Notes under the pieces: generated by a model
The model's database searches: none
Told to the model about the DNA's origin: nothing
The model's input: only the letters and a program-made list of their open reading frames with translations
Translations under genes and position numbers: made by a program
Shown: positions 29,370 to 54,013 of the stretch, piece by piece
Layout of the letters: the number at the start of each line of letters is the position of its first letter
Position numbering within the stretch: the first letter of the stretch is position 1
NCBI RefSeq assembly: GCF_009914755.1
Contig: NC_060933.1
Strand: one strand, 5' to 3'
Source of the DNA: the human T2T-CHM13v2.0 reference genome, Homo sapiens
Length of the DNA: 64,000 nucleotides

Positions 29370-30700
29370 AGTCTTGAGGAAGGAGCAGACTGCCATCTTT
29401 GGTGTTTCTCAGGCTTCATTGGTGATACCTCCATGTGCAGGAGGGATTTAGGTGATTAGAGTCTGGAGTGGACCCCCAGCAAACTGCAGCAGCCCTATGG
29501 GAGAGTGGCCTGACTGTTAAAGAAAAACAGAAAGCAACAACCACATCAACAAAAAAAAACCCCACAAAAGTCCCATTTAAATATCAGCAACCTCAAAGAT
29601 CAAAGGTAGATAAGCCCACAAAGATGAAAAGGAATCAACATAATAACACTGAAAACTCAAAAAGCCAGAGTGTCTCTTCTCCTCCAATGGCCACAACACC
29701 TCTCCAGCAAGGATATAGAACTGGGCTGAGGCTGAGAGGAATGAACTGATGGAAGTAGGCTCAATTCATTTTACAAAAGTTAACTACAAAAATTAACTCA
29801 ACATGGATTAAATAAGACTTAAATGTAAAATCCAAAACCATAAAAACCCTAGAAGGAAATCTAGGCAATACCATTCAGGACATAGGCATGGGCAAACATT
29901 TCATGATGAAAATGCCAAAAGCAATAGCAACAAAAGCAAAAATTGACAAATGGGATCTAATTAAACTAAAGAGCTTCTGCACAGCAAAAGAAACTATCAA
30001 CCTACAGAATGGAAGAAAATTTTTTCAATCTATCTGTCTGACAAAGTCTAATATCCAGAGTCTACAAGGAACTTAAACAAATTTACAAGAAAAAGCAAAC
30101 AACCCCATTAAAAAGTGGACAAAGGACATGAACAGACACTTCTCAAAAGAAGACATTTATATGGCCAACAAACATGAAAAAAAGCTCAACATCACTGATG
30201 ATTAGAGAAATGCAAATCAAAACTACAATGAGATACCATCTCATGCCAGCCAGAAAGACAATTATCAAAAAGTCAAGAAACAACAGATGCTGGTGAGGTT
30301 GTTGAGAAAAAGGAATGCCTTTACATTGTTGGGAGTGTAAATTAGTTCAACTATTGTGAAAGATGGTGTGCTGATTTCTCAAAGACCTAGAACCAGAAAT
30401 ACCATTTGACCCAACAATCCCATTCCTGAGTATATACCCAAAGGAATATAAATCATTGTCTTATAAAGATACATGCACACGTATGTTCATTGCAGCTATT
30501 CACAATAGCAAAGACATGGAATCAACCCAAATGTCCATCAATGATAGACTGGATAAAGAAAATGTGGTACATATACACCACGGAATACTATGCAGCCATA
30601 AAAAGGAAAGATCATGTCCTTTGCAGGGACATGGATGGAGCTGGAAGTCATTATCCTCAGCAAACTAACACAGGAACAGAAAACCAAGCACCACATTCTT
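29370..30700 (+). mobile_element. L1PA with large internal deletion (5' UTR/ORF1 start joined to ORF2 3' end)
   Basis: ORF1 start (MKRNQHNNTENSKSQS) ends at about 29761; ORF2 C-terminus resumes at about 29785. Confidence 0.9.
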
Positions 30701-31106
30701 TCTGATGACTATCAGAGTAGTGGTCATAGCTTTACTTATACTTTCTATTTTTCATGCAAGTCCCTTTTTTGAATAACTCAAACCTGGAACCATACAGAAA
30801 GTAATTCTGAGAAGTATAGTTCCAAGCTTAACCAAGTTAGCAGAACATAAACTACCTATGTGGTCAAGAGGATCACTCTTGGCAGACTTAAGCTGAGACC
30901 CAAAGTATGACAATTTATTAACCATGTGAAGCCTGTGGGAAGGGCTTTAAGACAAAGAACAGTGAGTGCAAAGGCTTGGCTTATGTGACAGAAAACAGAC
31001 CAGGGTGCCTGGGTCATAAGGAGAAAGGGAAAATGGTATGAAATAAATTAAGCTATATAGGGAGAGTAACTAGATTATGAGGGGCCTTATAAAGTAAGGA
31101 GTTTGT

Positions 31107-31411
31107 GGCTGGGCGCGGTGGCTCACACCTGTAATCCCAGCACTCTGGGAGGCCGAGGCGGGTGGATCACGAAGTCAGGAGATCGAGACCATCCTGGCTA
31201 ACACGGTGAAACCCCATCTCTACTAAAAATACAAAAAAGTAGCCTCGTGTGGTGGTGGGTGCCTGTAGTCCCAGCTACTCAGGAGACTGAGACAGGAGAA
31301 TGGCGTGAACCCAGAAGGCGGAGCTTGCAGTGAGCCGAGATTGCGCCACTGCACTCCAGCCTGAGCAACAGAGCAAGACTCCACCTCAAAAATATAAATA
31401 AATAAAATAAA
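31107..31411 (+). mobile_element. AluY
   Basis: gagatcgagaccatcctggctaacacgg; TSD aaagtaaggagtttg. Confidence 0.92.
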
Positions 31412-31896
31412 GTAAGGAGTTTGAATTTTATTTAAAGTGCAAGTCACTGAAGGGTTTTAAGCAAAGAAGTAACTATCAGATTTGAGTTTTTAGATCACAG
31501 TGTATACTATAAGCAAGAATGGATTGTGATGGGGCAAGGGAGGAAGAACTAGCAAACATCTTTGATATAAATTTTTGTATGTGTATGTATTTCTGTAATC
31601 CAGATTTCTAGAAGGTGAATTTTCTTGTCAAAAGGTAAGCACATTTTACCTTTAAATATGTATCCAAACTGCTTAAGTAGTACCTCCTTGAAGAGCCTTC
31701 CATGACCCTGCCATCCAGGTTTGCATATCTGTTCTTTACTTTGTGGCACTCTATTTATTTTCTTCCTAGAACTGATAATAATGTGTAAGATTTTGTTTTT
31801 ACTTATTTTTATATTGTCTGTCTTTTTGGTGAAGGCATGACCTTGTCTTATTTCCCATTATACTCATGACATAGTTGGCACTAAATGAAGATCTGG

Positions 31897-32189
31897 GCCA
31901 GGTGTGGTGGCTCACATCTGTAATCTCAGCACTTTGGAAGGTTGGGTAGGGAAGACTGCTTGAGGCTAGGAGTTGGAGACCAGCCTGGGCAACATAGTGA
32001 GACCCTACCTCTATGAAAAACTTTAAAATTAGCCCTGTGTTGTGATGGGCACCGGTAGTCTCAGCTATTCAGGAGGCTGAAGTGGGAGGACCACTTGAGC
32101 CCAGAAGATTCAGTGAGTTCCCTCCACTCCATGATGGCACCACTGCACTCAAACCTGGGTAACAGAGTGAGACCCTGTCTCAAAAAAAA
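31897..32189 (+). mobile_element. AluJ
   Basis: Dimer. Confidence 0.9.
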
Positions 32190-32211
32190 GAGATGTTGAA
32201 GAAATAATTTC

Positions 32212-32642
32212 TGGTATAGTTTGTATATTTGTCCCCACCAAAATCTCATGTTCAATTGTAATCCTCAATGTTGGAGGTGAGGTTTGGTGGGAGGTGATTG
32301 GATCATGAGGACAGATCCCTCATGAATGGCTTGGGCCATCCCCTTGGTGAGAAGTGAGCTCTCACTCTGAGTTCACACCAGATTTGGTGATTTAATGTGT
32401 GTGGCACCTCCCCCTCACTCTCGCGCTCTCTCTCTTTCTTGCTCCTGTTTTTGCCATATGATGTGCCTGTTCTTGCTTCTTCTTCTGCCATGCATAAAAG
32501 CTCCCTGAGGCTTCCCCAGAAGCTGATGCCAGCACTGTTTTCCTATACAGCCTGTAGAACCACAAGCCAATTAAACCTCTTTATTTATAAATTACCCAGT
32601 CTCAGGTATTTCTTCATAGCAATGCAAGAATGGTCTAATACA
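32212..32642 (+). mobile_element. MST (MaLR) solo LTR
   Basis: caaaatctcatgttcaattgtaatcc...aattacccagtctcaggtattt...ctaataca; TSD ATTTC. Confidence 0.88.
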
Positions 32643-33004
32643 ATTTCCCCACTAAAAAGTCTGCACAAACTTATACCTTCAGCAATAGCATATAAGTCTG
32701 GTTTGCAAATTCCCAAACCAAAAAGAATATTACTGTCTTTTAGGAAGGGGGAAAGTTTAAATGATATTTTATTATTTATATTTTTAAATTAGAACTATTA
32801 TATATCTCTACACACTAACCAGAATGACAAAAACACACAAAAACCTCACAACATGAAATATTAGAAGAATGTGGAGCAACCAGAATTGTCATACATTGTT
32901 GATAGAATGTAAAATGATACAACCACTGATTTATATATTAGTGAATGAAAAAGCCAAAAGCAAGGCACATCACACTTAAATTTAGAAGACTCAAGAAAAA
33001 GAAC

Positions 33005-33305
33005 CAGCTGGGCGTGGTGGCTCATGCCTGTAATCTCAGCTCTGTGGGAGGCTGAGGCAGGAGGAACACCTGAGGTCAGGAGTTCGAGACCAGCCTGGCC
33101 AACATGGAGAACTTCGTCTCCACTGAAAATATAAAAATTACCTGGGTGTAATGGTGTGTGCCTGTAATCCCAGCTACTCAGGAGGCTGCTACAGGATAAT
33201 CATTTGAACCCAGGAGAGGGAGGTTGCAGCGAGCTGAGATTGCACCACTGCACTCCAGCCTTGGCAACAGACCAAAATTCCCTCTGAAACAAACAAACAA
33301 AAAAG
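33005..33305 (+). mobile_element. AluS
   Basis: Dimer. Confidence 0.9.
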
Positions 33306-33682
33306 GAAAGAAAAACAGGTCACGTGCTAAATCAGAATGACATTTTTAACAGGAACACTGGAAGCTAGAAAATTATAGAGAAATGCCTTCAAATTCCTGA
33401 GGAAAAATGATTTTTAACCCAGAGTTCTTTTTCATTTTGTTTTTCTTTTTTTATACCCTGCCAATATCTGTATTTAACCTAGAGTTCTATATCCAGCCAA
33501 ACTATCAATCACGTGTAAGAGTAGAACGGTTTTACATATGAGAAGCTGAAAATTTTACTTCCATGTATTCTTTCTTGGGAAGTTGCTGGAGGAAGAAATT
33601 CATGAAATGAGGGAAGAAACTAAGAAAGATCTGGGATCCAGGAAATAGGAGATTAATACACAAGAAGTAAAGGGAACTCCTA

Positions 33683-34165
<483 letters not shown>

Positions 34166-34633
34166 TTATATATTAGTTCTACTGCCTTTTGGTTTTATAT
34201 ATCACCAATATCTGCTTTTGTCTTTATTATTTTGTTTCTTTTGTTTCTATATTAATGTTTTTACTAGTTTTTTGAGTTGAGAATTTGATTTCTTAATTTT
34301 CTTCCATTTTAATGGAAATTCCCTGGCATCTGAATGCTGACTCCCTTCAGCCCCCTGTCAGACTAGCAGAGCTCTTGCTGGCCCCAGGTTCTATGCATGC
34401 AAAAATGAGAGGCAAAAACCTGCCAGGCAAATCAGCAGTTGCAGTAAAAGGCAGGGCTCTGGGAAGCTGGCGTTGAAGGTTGGTGGCTGCTGGGTGGAGC
34501 CAGAACACTTGTAAGTGGGGCATAGTTGGCTTCTGGTGCGACTTGAAGCCTGGTCTAATTATTTCACCAAACTAAGATGGTGATGTCAGCATCCCACTCA
34601 CTCTTTTCTGTCCCTCTCTCTGCACCCCACTTC

Positions 34634-37635
<3,002 letters not shown>

Positions 37636-37789
37636 GGTGAAAATCCATATGATTATTTCAATAGATATAGACAAAGCATTTGAGGAAATTTAACATGAAA
37701 TTCTCAGCAAAGTAGAACTAGAAAAACTTCCTCAATCTCATAAATGGCATCTACCCACATATACATGTATGTATGTTTAACCTGTCGAT

Positions 37790-39130
37790 CTATTAAAATG
37801 AGGGACCCAAAGACCAGGCAGTAGCCATAGCTTCATGGTCAGTGGAACTCCTGCCCTAAGAAACAGAACCTTTAAACTAGCACAGCCTAAGTTTATGGGA
37901 AAAGAAAGATTAGTGGGACTCTGGAAATAACGGTGAGAAAAGCCAATTCTACTTTCACCCTTGGTTACTGGACCTGTGTATAATAGCTACTGGGGATAGA
38001 GAACAATTTGTTAGGCAATAGCTTCAATATATGTACCACAACTTGGACAAGAGCACCCTAACCCTGAATGGTGTCATTCCTAAACTGGTGCCTTAGATGA
38101 GTCTTCGTTTTTTTGAGACAGGGTCTCATTCTGTTGCCCAGGCTGGAGGGCAGTGGTGCAATCACAGCTCACTGCAGCATCGACCTTCTGGGCTCATGTG
38201 ATCCTCTCACCGCAGCCTCCCGAGTAACTGGTACTACAGGCACATGCTAGCAAGCCAGCTAATTTGGGTATCTTTTGTGGAGATGGGGTTTCATCGTGTT
38301 CTCAGGCTGGTCTTGAATTCCTGAGCTCAAGCGATCCTCCTACCTCAGCCTCCCAAAGTGCAGGAATTACAGGTATGAGGCACCAGCCTTTAGCTTAGTC
38401 TTAAAGAAGCCATTTCAAAATTAGTATGTCAACTTCTAGGTGATATGGTATATGGTAAGACCTGTAGATCTCATGATCTACTCATGTGTATGATCTCATG
38501 ATCATACACACACTGTCATACATCCTTCACTGTAAAATGGGTACATTGGTCTGAAGCAATGTTTTGCAGGCTCCCACATTCATAAATTAGCCACTCAGTA
38601 AGCTCCTCAAATAGTGATACAGTCAGTCACTGAAGAAGGTGAAGGTAAACCCACCTCCAGTGTAGTTGCCAGTTCCAGCAAGAACAAATCAGTGCTTCTT
38701 CCTAAATAAAAAGCGTCCATTTTAATCAACTTGCCACCATATGGCTGGCTGATCTCCTAAAGGATGTTACCACACAGAGGCTTACAGTCAGTTTCTGCAG
38801 CTGAAGCTTCAGTCATTCAACAATAACAATAGCTGAATGAGCCTTGGTGATAAAGAGACCATGTTGTTGGGCCCATGTAACACCTACATCCCTGCAATCA
38901 TGGTTTCTTAATTCATGAGCCCATTGCACAGAACCATGGTAGCAAAAGACAGACTGGCTCCTTGTATACTTGTTTAATGCCCATTTTTCATAAGATTCTC
39001 TCTACAACACAAACTTTTTCAGCCTGTGCGCAATCCCATAGATCCATTTACATGCCTCTTACCTAGACTTCCTTATCTACAGTATCCCAATTATTAATCC
39101 TTTCATGTCTCTGCCCAACCAGCCAAGCCA
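37790..39130 (-). mobile_element. Degenerate ERVL-type internal sequence
   Basis: Blocks resembling ERVL pol relics; by-eye call. Confidence 0.4.
38107..38387 (-). mobile_element. AluJ
   Basis: Dimer. Confidence 0.9.
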
Positions 39131-39138
39131 TTTGCCAC

Positions 39139-39824
<686 letters not shown>

Positions 39825-40644
39825 GCCCTGCTTAGGAATCCTTGTAAAGCCTCATATCAGACCACCTCTTCCTGCATGTGAAGTGGAAGATCAAGTATAG
39901 TGCTATAGACCTCTAGTGCTCCTGTTAAAGATGCTTTTCTTTTAAGCTAAGCATGCACCTAGGGATGGGAGATTAATATAGATGAAATAATTGCTTATGT
40001 TTAACTACATAAATGCCATGTTTATCTTTTAATATTTCTAATGTTCTTTTTTGTATTCTCAAGGGACCCTCCCTCAAGAGCAAGACATTTTTTAGCAACA
40101 GTTGTGGAGATAAAAGAAGTTTTTAAAATTTTTCATTGCTTCCACTATGCCTTCTATCATAATCTCATTGTAGAATATCCTAACACTGGCCAAAATACCC
40201 TATTTTGAATCCCATACTTCATCCTTGATAGAAGGAAGCCATAGGGACTTATGGTGTCTTCATTATCACTAAAGAATTCTTTCCTTTTGTTTGGCAATCC
40301 AGAAGTAAAGTTTGGGACAGGTGAGGAATTTTCTTATGGGATACTGGAAAAGAGTTATTGTGAATACAGGTCTATTTTAAGACAAATACATTTTAGGAAA
40401 GAGGGTCTAGAAATTGACTATCTTCAAACCATATCTACTTGTGTTTCCATGTACCTCCAGAGATTCCTGTTTGCAGACCACTGGCCTAGCCTAACTTTAC
40501 ATTCCATGTTCTAACCTATGAACAATCATCCAGGATTTTTGACCTCAAGATTTGCCTCACCTTTTATACCTAACATTCAGAATGGCTTCATCTGTTTGCA
40601 TTCTGCCTCAATTGTGATTCATATTTCCCTCTAGTTTTAAATAC

Positions 40645-41097
40645 TATAGTGAGTTGAAACATGCCCTCCCCCCTCCAAATATTGGTCTAAATCCCTTGAA
40701 TCTGCGAATGTCAGGTTCTTACTTGGAAAAAAAGGGTCTTTGTAAATATAATTAAGGGTCTAGAGATGAGATCATCCTGGATTACCCCTGTGTGCCCTAA
40801 ATTCAATCACAAGTGTCTTTAAGAGACACTTTAAGAGAAAGAAGAGAAGACAGACACTGGAGGTCACGTAAAAATGGAAGTGGAGATTGGAGTGATGCAG
40901 CCAAAAGGAAGGCTGAGAGCCAGGAGAATCTGGAACAGGCGAGAAAGCATTTTCCCCTACAGCCTCCAAAGGGAGTATGGCTTGGCTGACACCCTGATTT
41001 CAGACTTCAGGCCTCCAAAACTGCGAGAGAATAAATTTCTGTTTAAGCTACCAGGTTCATGGTAACTGGTTACAGCAGTCCTCTGGAATAAACATAC
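40645..41097 (+). mobile_element. MLT1 (MaLR) LTR
   Basis: gagatcatcctggatt, gacttcaggcctccaaaactgcgagagaataaatttctgt. Confidence 0.8.
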
Positions 41098-41715
41098 ATT
41101 CTTTTAGGTTCCTCTGTCCATATTCTGCCCAGTCTTGGGCTCTACTCGATGGCATAAGCCCTTGTGTATAGTATCATTACAACATTTTATACAAGCTTTG
41201 TAATTACAGTGCTACATATTTACCTTTGTTATGAAACTTTTTGCACAATTTTATTTTAGATATATTTTGTTTTTTTAATCCCAGTTCTGCCATTTAGAAG
41301 CTGGGTGGCCATGGACAAGTTAGATAATCTTAGAACCTTAAGTTCTTATATTATTTCATTTAGCAACCAATAAATGTTCTCCTCCTTGTGAATCTAATCT
41401 AAAAGTTATAACTTTTTAAAGAGGACTTCATCTTTATAATAGTTATACTTACTCTTACTTGTTACTTTGTTTTAGGTTTATTTCTTTTTTATGTTTTTCA
41501 CCCAAAGCCATGTTGTTTTCTTTTTTCCTTTTTTTGGTAATGATTTGAAGAGAGCTATGCTATTATAATTCTATCAATGGTAATAATATAACTTTTTCAA
41601 AACTCTTCTTAAACTTGTGTTTATTAAATAGTACTTATGGAAGGATCTGAAGAAAACCTCATATTTGTGTGCCTAGCTCTTGTCTCTTGGTAAACTACCA
41701 CAGAATGGTAGTCAT

Positions 41716-42026
41716 GGCTGGGCTCATTGATTCATGCCTGTAATCCCAGCACTTTGGGAAGCCATGGTCGGAGGATAGCCTGAGCTCAGGAGTTCAAGAC
41801 CAGCCTGGGCAACATAGCACCCCCATCTCCATAGTGAGCGCCCCCCTCTCCACAAAATAAAAAATAAAAAAATTAGCTAGGCATGGTAGTGTGCACCTGT
41901 GGTCCCAGCTACTTTTGAGGCTGAGGTGGGAGGATGCTTGAGCCTGGGAGATCAAAGGTACAGTGAGCCCTGATTGTACCACTGCACTCCAGCCTGGGCA
42001 ACAGAGTGAGACCTTGTCTCAAAAAA
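41716..42026 (+). mobile_element. AluJ
   Basis: Dimer; TSD aatggtagtca. Confidence 0.9.
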
Positions 42027-42374
42027 ATGGTAGTCACTTATTTCCTTCTGGAATTTATATGTTATGAGGTATTTTTTTTTTCAAATAAATAGCTAATTTT
42101 CCCAATATCACTTACTGACTAGTTTATTCCTTCTCTACTGTTTTGAGATGTTATTGTTATCATATATCAAATTCTCATATATATACACATTTCTCTTTGT
42201 TTTCTACTTTATTGATCCATTTATTTCATCTATGGTATATAAACTATTTCCTAAAGATTGACATTTGAATTACTTAGAGGACAATTCCCTTTGTTGTTTC
42301 TAACTTTTAAGATTCTTTTGGTTGTTCTTACATATTAAATTTTAGTGTGCTAAATTACATTTTAAAATCTCATT

Positions 42375-43900
<1,526 letters not shown>

Positions 43901-43904
43901 AAAA

Positions 43905-50235
<6,331 letters not shown>

Positions 50236-50765
50236 AATAGAGATGTCATTTTAAAAATTCCATTTATATTGTGATTCAATTAAATTTACAAATCAGAGAT
50301 AAATTAAATACAAACTGGCATCTTTACATTATTTTTCCAATTTTTCCCAATCAGTTCTTTTCATTTATTATAATATTCTATATTTTTTAGAAAAGGTTTA
50401 TTCCCTAATCACATCTTGGATTTTTTAAATTCCTGGTATTTTTAGATTGTCAAAATTGTAAATGTCACTTCTTTCTACTATCTTTTCTATTTCTCCTACT
50501 TTTTTTTAATATATTGTTTTGTACATATATCATTTTAGTAGTTCTAATTGGATTTTCTAATATTGAATGTATTTCAAATTATGACAGTTTTTCTCTTCCT
50601 TTAAATTATTGCTATCTTTTTTTTCTCTAATTGGATTACCTGGGATCTTTAGCATAATATTGACTAATAATGGTGGCATCAAACATCATTTATCTCATTC
50701 CTGTTTCGGTAAGAATGCTTTGGGTTATTCATGGTTTTTCTTGTAGGTTTATAGTAAATAGCCCA

Positions 50766-51361
50766 TCATGGTTAATTTTATGTGTCAACTTGACGGTCCA
50801 AATATGTGGTGCTTAGATATTTGAATAAACATTTTTTCTAGGTGTCTTTGAATGTGTTTCAAAGAAGAGGTTAACATTTGAACCAGTAGACTAAGTAAAG
50901 CAGATTTCAATGTGGCTGTAGACCTCATCCAATCCATTGTAGGCCCAAATAGAATAAAAGGCTGAGTAAGAGACTTCTCTCCCTGCCTGTCTTCAAGCTG
51001 GGACACTAGTCTTCTGCCTGCCTGCAGACTCAAACTGGAACTTACACCTTCAGTTTTCCTGCCCTTCAGAAGACTCAGGCCCTCAAACTCAAGACTAGAA
51101 CTTTACCATCGGCTCTCCTGAGTCTCCAGCTTGCTGACTGCAGATCTTGGGCTTCTTATCATCCATTAATGTCCATACACATCTCCTTCCTTCCTTTCTC
51201 TCTTCCTTCCTTCTTTCCCTCTCTCTCCCTTCCTCCCTGCCTTTCTCTCCCTTTCCTCCCTTCCTTCCTCTCTCTCTCTTTCCTACTTTCCTTTCTCTCT
51301 CTCTCCATTCCTTCTCTTCCTTCTCTCTTTCTTCTCTCTCTGGAGAACACACACTAATACA
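50766..51361 (+). mobile_element. MLT2 (ERVL) LTR with internal CT-rich repeat (51182-51340)
   Basis: atggttaattttatgtgtcaacttgac...tctctggagaac...ctaataca. Confidence 0.85.
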
Positions 51362-52263
51362 TGCTCATCATCAATATACAATATAAGGAATTTTCTAACT
51401 TTAAAAAAAGTCACCAATGTATATAGAATTTTATTAAATGATTTTTACAGCATCTATTAAGATAGGTTTTTGTTTATTAATGTAGATTTCTATTTTTGAA
51501 ATAGTCTAGAAGTTCTAAAATAAACCTTAGTACTGACTTTACTAAACTGCTAGATTTCCTAATGATTGACTTCGAGTATTTAAGTTTCCTTCCATATATA
51601 TTTATAATCATTTTCTTACTCTTGGATTTTTTGTCCTTTTCCCATCATTCCTACTTGCTAGAAGTTTGTCTATTGCCTTATGAAATCTACCTTTTGTAAC
51701 TATTTCATTGAGGTGTGGTTTTATCTTTATTAAAGCATTTCTTTTCTTTGGATTTATATTATTCTTTTTCCTTTCTGAATTCAATGTATAATTTTTGTTC
51801 TAGTTTTATTGTCTTCTAATAATCACGTTTTTTTTCCTGTACAGATTTATTCTTTAACTCCAAAATTACTTAGAAACTTATTTTAAATTTCTAAATCATG
51901 TTGGGGTGCTACTTTTAGTTGTTTTCATTTATATTTTTACTGCATTGCACTGAAAAAAATTAGGGAGGGCCTGAATATTTCCCTCTGAGAATTTATTGCA
52001 ATTTTCTTTGTAACCATATATATAGTCCATTAAAAAATATTACATAAATCTTAGAAAATAATGCATAGTATCTTTGTGGGAGAAAACATTATTTGTCTAT
52101 GGCTATTAATGAAATCTGTCAATTTTATTTTCAAACCCTCTATAAAAGTGTTTCTTGAATGCTGAAATATAACATAGGACTTAATAAACAAAAAAGGGAT
52201 TATATATAGAGTGAACAATTTTCCTTACCTAAGATTTCTGTGTAATTCAAAAGGTTTTTTTAT

Positions 52264-52633
<370 letters not shown>

Positions 52634-52873
52634 CTAAATGTCTTTAAAAAACAAACCTCAGTTTTGGATGAACACTTCCATTATAACTTTCTCTTTCAAT
52701 AACACCTTTTTTAGATTATAAGCATAGTCCTTCTTCTCAGTACAAATAGCATATTAAGTAAATGAGTGTTTTGCCTAAGATTTTCCTCACATAACAATCC
52801 TAGGGTTGCTTGAACTGTGAGTGCTCAGGTGTAAACAATAACCTACGACTGACTGCAGGCTTTCCCACACTCA

Positions 52874-54013
52874 TTACTCTGCTAAGGTTTCCTTTCTGAA
52901 ATGAGTTTTCTGATGTCGAATTAAGGATGTACTATGACAAAAGACATCACCACACTTAGTACATTGATAGGGTCTCTCCCTTGTATGTATTCGCTTATGT
53001 TTAGTTAGAGCTGAGCTTAAGCTGAAGGATTTCCCACATTCATTACACTGGTAGGGTTTCTCTCCTGTATGCGTCCTCTGATGTCGAATTAGTGATGTTC
53101 TATAGCAAAACAGTTTCTGACATTCATTACATTGATAGGGTTTCACACAAGAATGAATTTTTAGATGTTCAGTAAGGTGTGTACTTCGACTGAAGGTTTT
53201 TCCACATTCTTTACAAACATAGGGCTTCTCTCCAGTATGAGTTCTCTGGTGTTCAGTAAGATGTGCACTCCGATTGAAGGCCTTTCCACATGCATTACAC
53301 TCATAGGGTTTTTCTCCAGTATGAATTCTTTGATGTTGAATGAAGGCTGGGGTATGGCTGAAAGCTTTCCCACATTCATTACATTCATATGGTTTCTCTC
53401 CTGTGTGGGTTCTCTGATGTCGGATTAGTGATGTACTGTGGCAAAAAACTTTCCGACATTGCTTACACTGGTAGGATTTTTCCTCAGAATGAATTCCCTG
53501 ATGTTCAATTAGGTGTGTGCTGCGGCTGAAGGTTTTTCCACATTCAGTACATTCATATGGTTTCTTTCCAGTATGAATTCTATGATGTTGAGTAAGGGCA
53601 GAGATATGGCTGAAAGCTTTCCCACATTCATTACAAGGATAGGGTTTTTCTCCAGTATGGATTCTCTCATGATTTCTAAGGGATGACCTATGACTAAAGG
53701 TTTTTTCACATTCATTACACTCATAAGGTTTCTCCCCAGTATGGACTCTTTGATGCTGAATAAGATTAGTGCTCTGACTAAAAGCTTTCCCACATTCATT
53801 ACATTCATAAGGTTTCTCTCCAGTATGTATTCTTTGATGTTGAACAAGATTACTGTTCCGGGTAAAGGACTTACCACATATTTTACATTCATAAGGTTTT
53901 TCTCCAATATGTGTTTTCTGATGCTGGGTCAGGGATGCAAGACAAGTGTAGCCTTTCCCACATTCAGTACAGAGATATGGGTTCGCGGTCATATAAATTT
54001 TCTCAGATTCCAT
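52874..54013 (-). CDS. ZNF883: C2H2 zinc finger protein, 379 aa, 13 fingers, no KRAB
   Basis: Uninterrupted ORF with 13 CxxC...HxxxH fingers and TGEKPY linkers. Length, N-terminus ([13 protein letters not shown]) and position next to MUPP match ZNF883 as I recall it. Confidence 0.9.
   Translation of the reverse strand: MESEKIYMTANPYLCTECGKGYTCLASLTQHQKTHIGEKPYECKICGKSFTRNSNLVQHQRIHTGEKPYECNECGKAFSQSTNLIQHQRVHTGEKPYECNECEKTFSHRSSLRNHERIHTGEKPYPCNECGKAFSHISALTQHHRIHTGKKPYECTECGKTFSRSTHLIEHQGIHSEEKSYQCKQCRKVFCHSTSLIRHQRTHTGEKPYECNECGKAFSHTPAFIQHQRIHTGEKPYECNACGKAFNRSAHLTEHQRTHTGEKPYVCKECGKTFSRSTHLTEHLKIHSCVKPYQCNECQKLFCYRTSLIRHQRTHTGEKPYQCNECGKSFSLSSALTKHKRIHTRERPYQCTKCGDVFCHSTSLIRHQKTHFRKETLAE

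Noticed and set aside
51095-51386. Charged or hydrophobic low-complexity ORFs
   Set aside because: Translations of the CT-rich simple repeat inside MLT2
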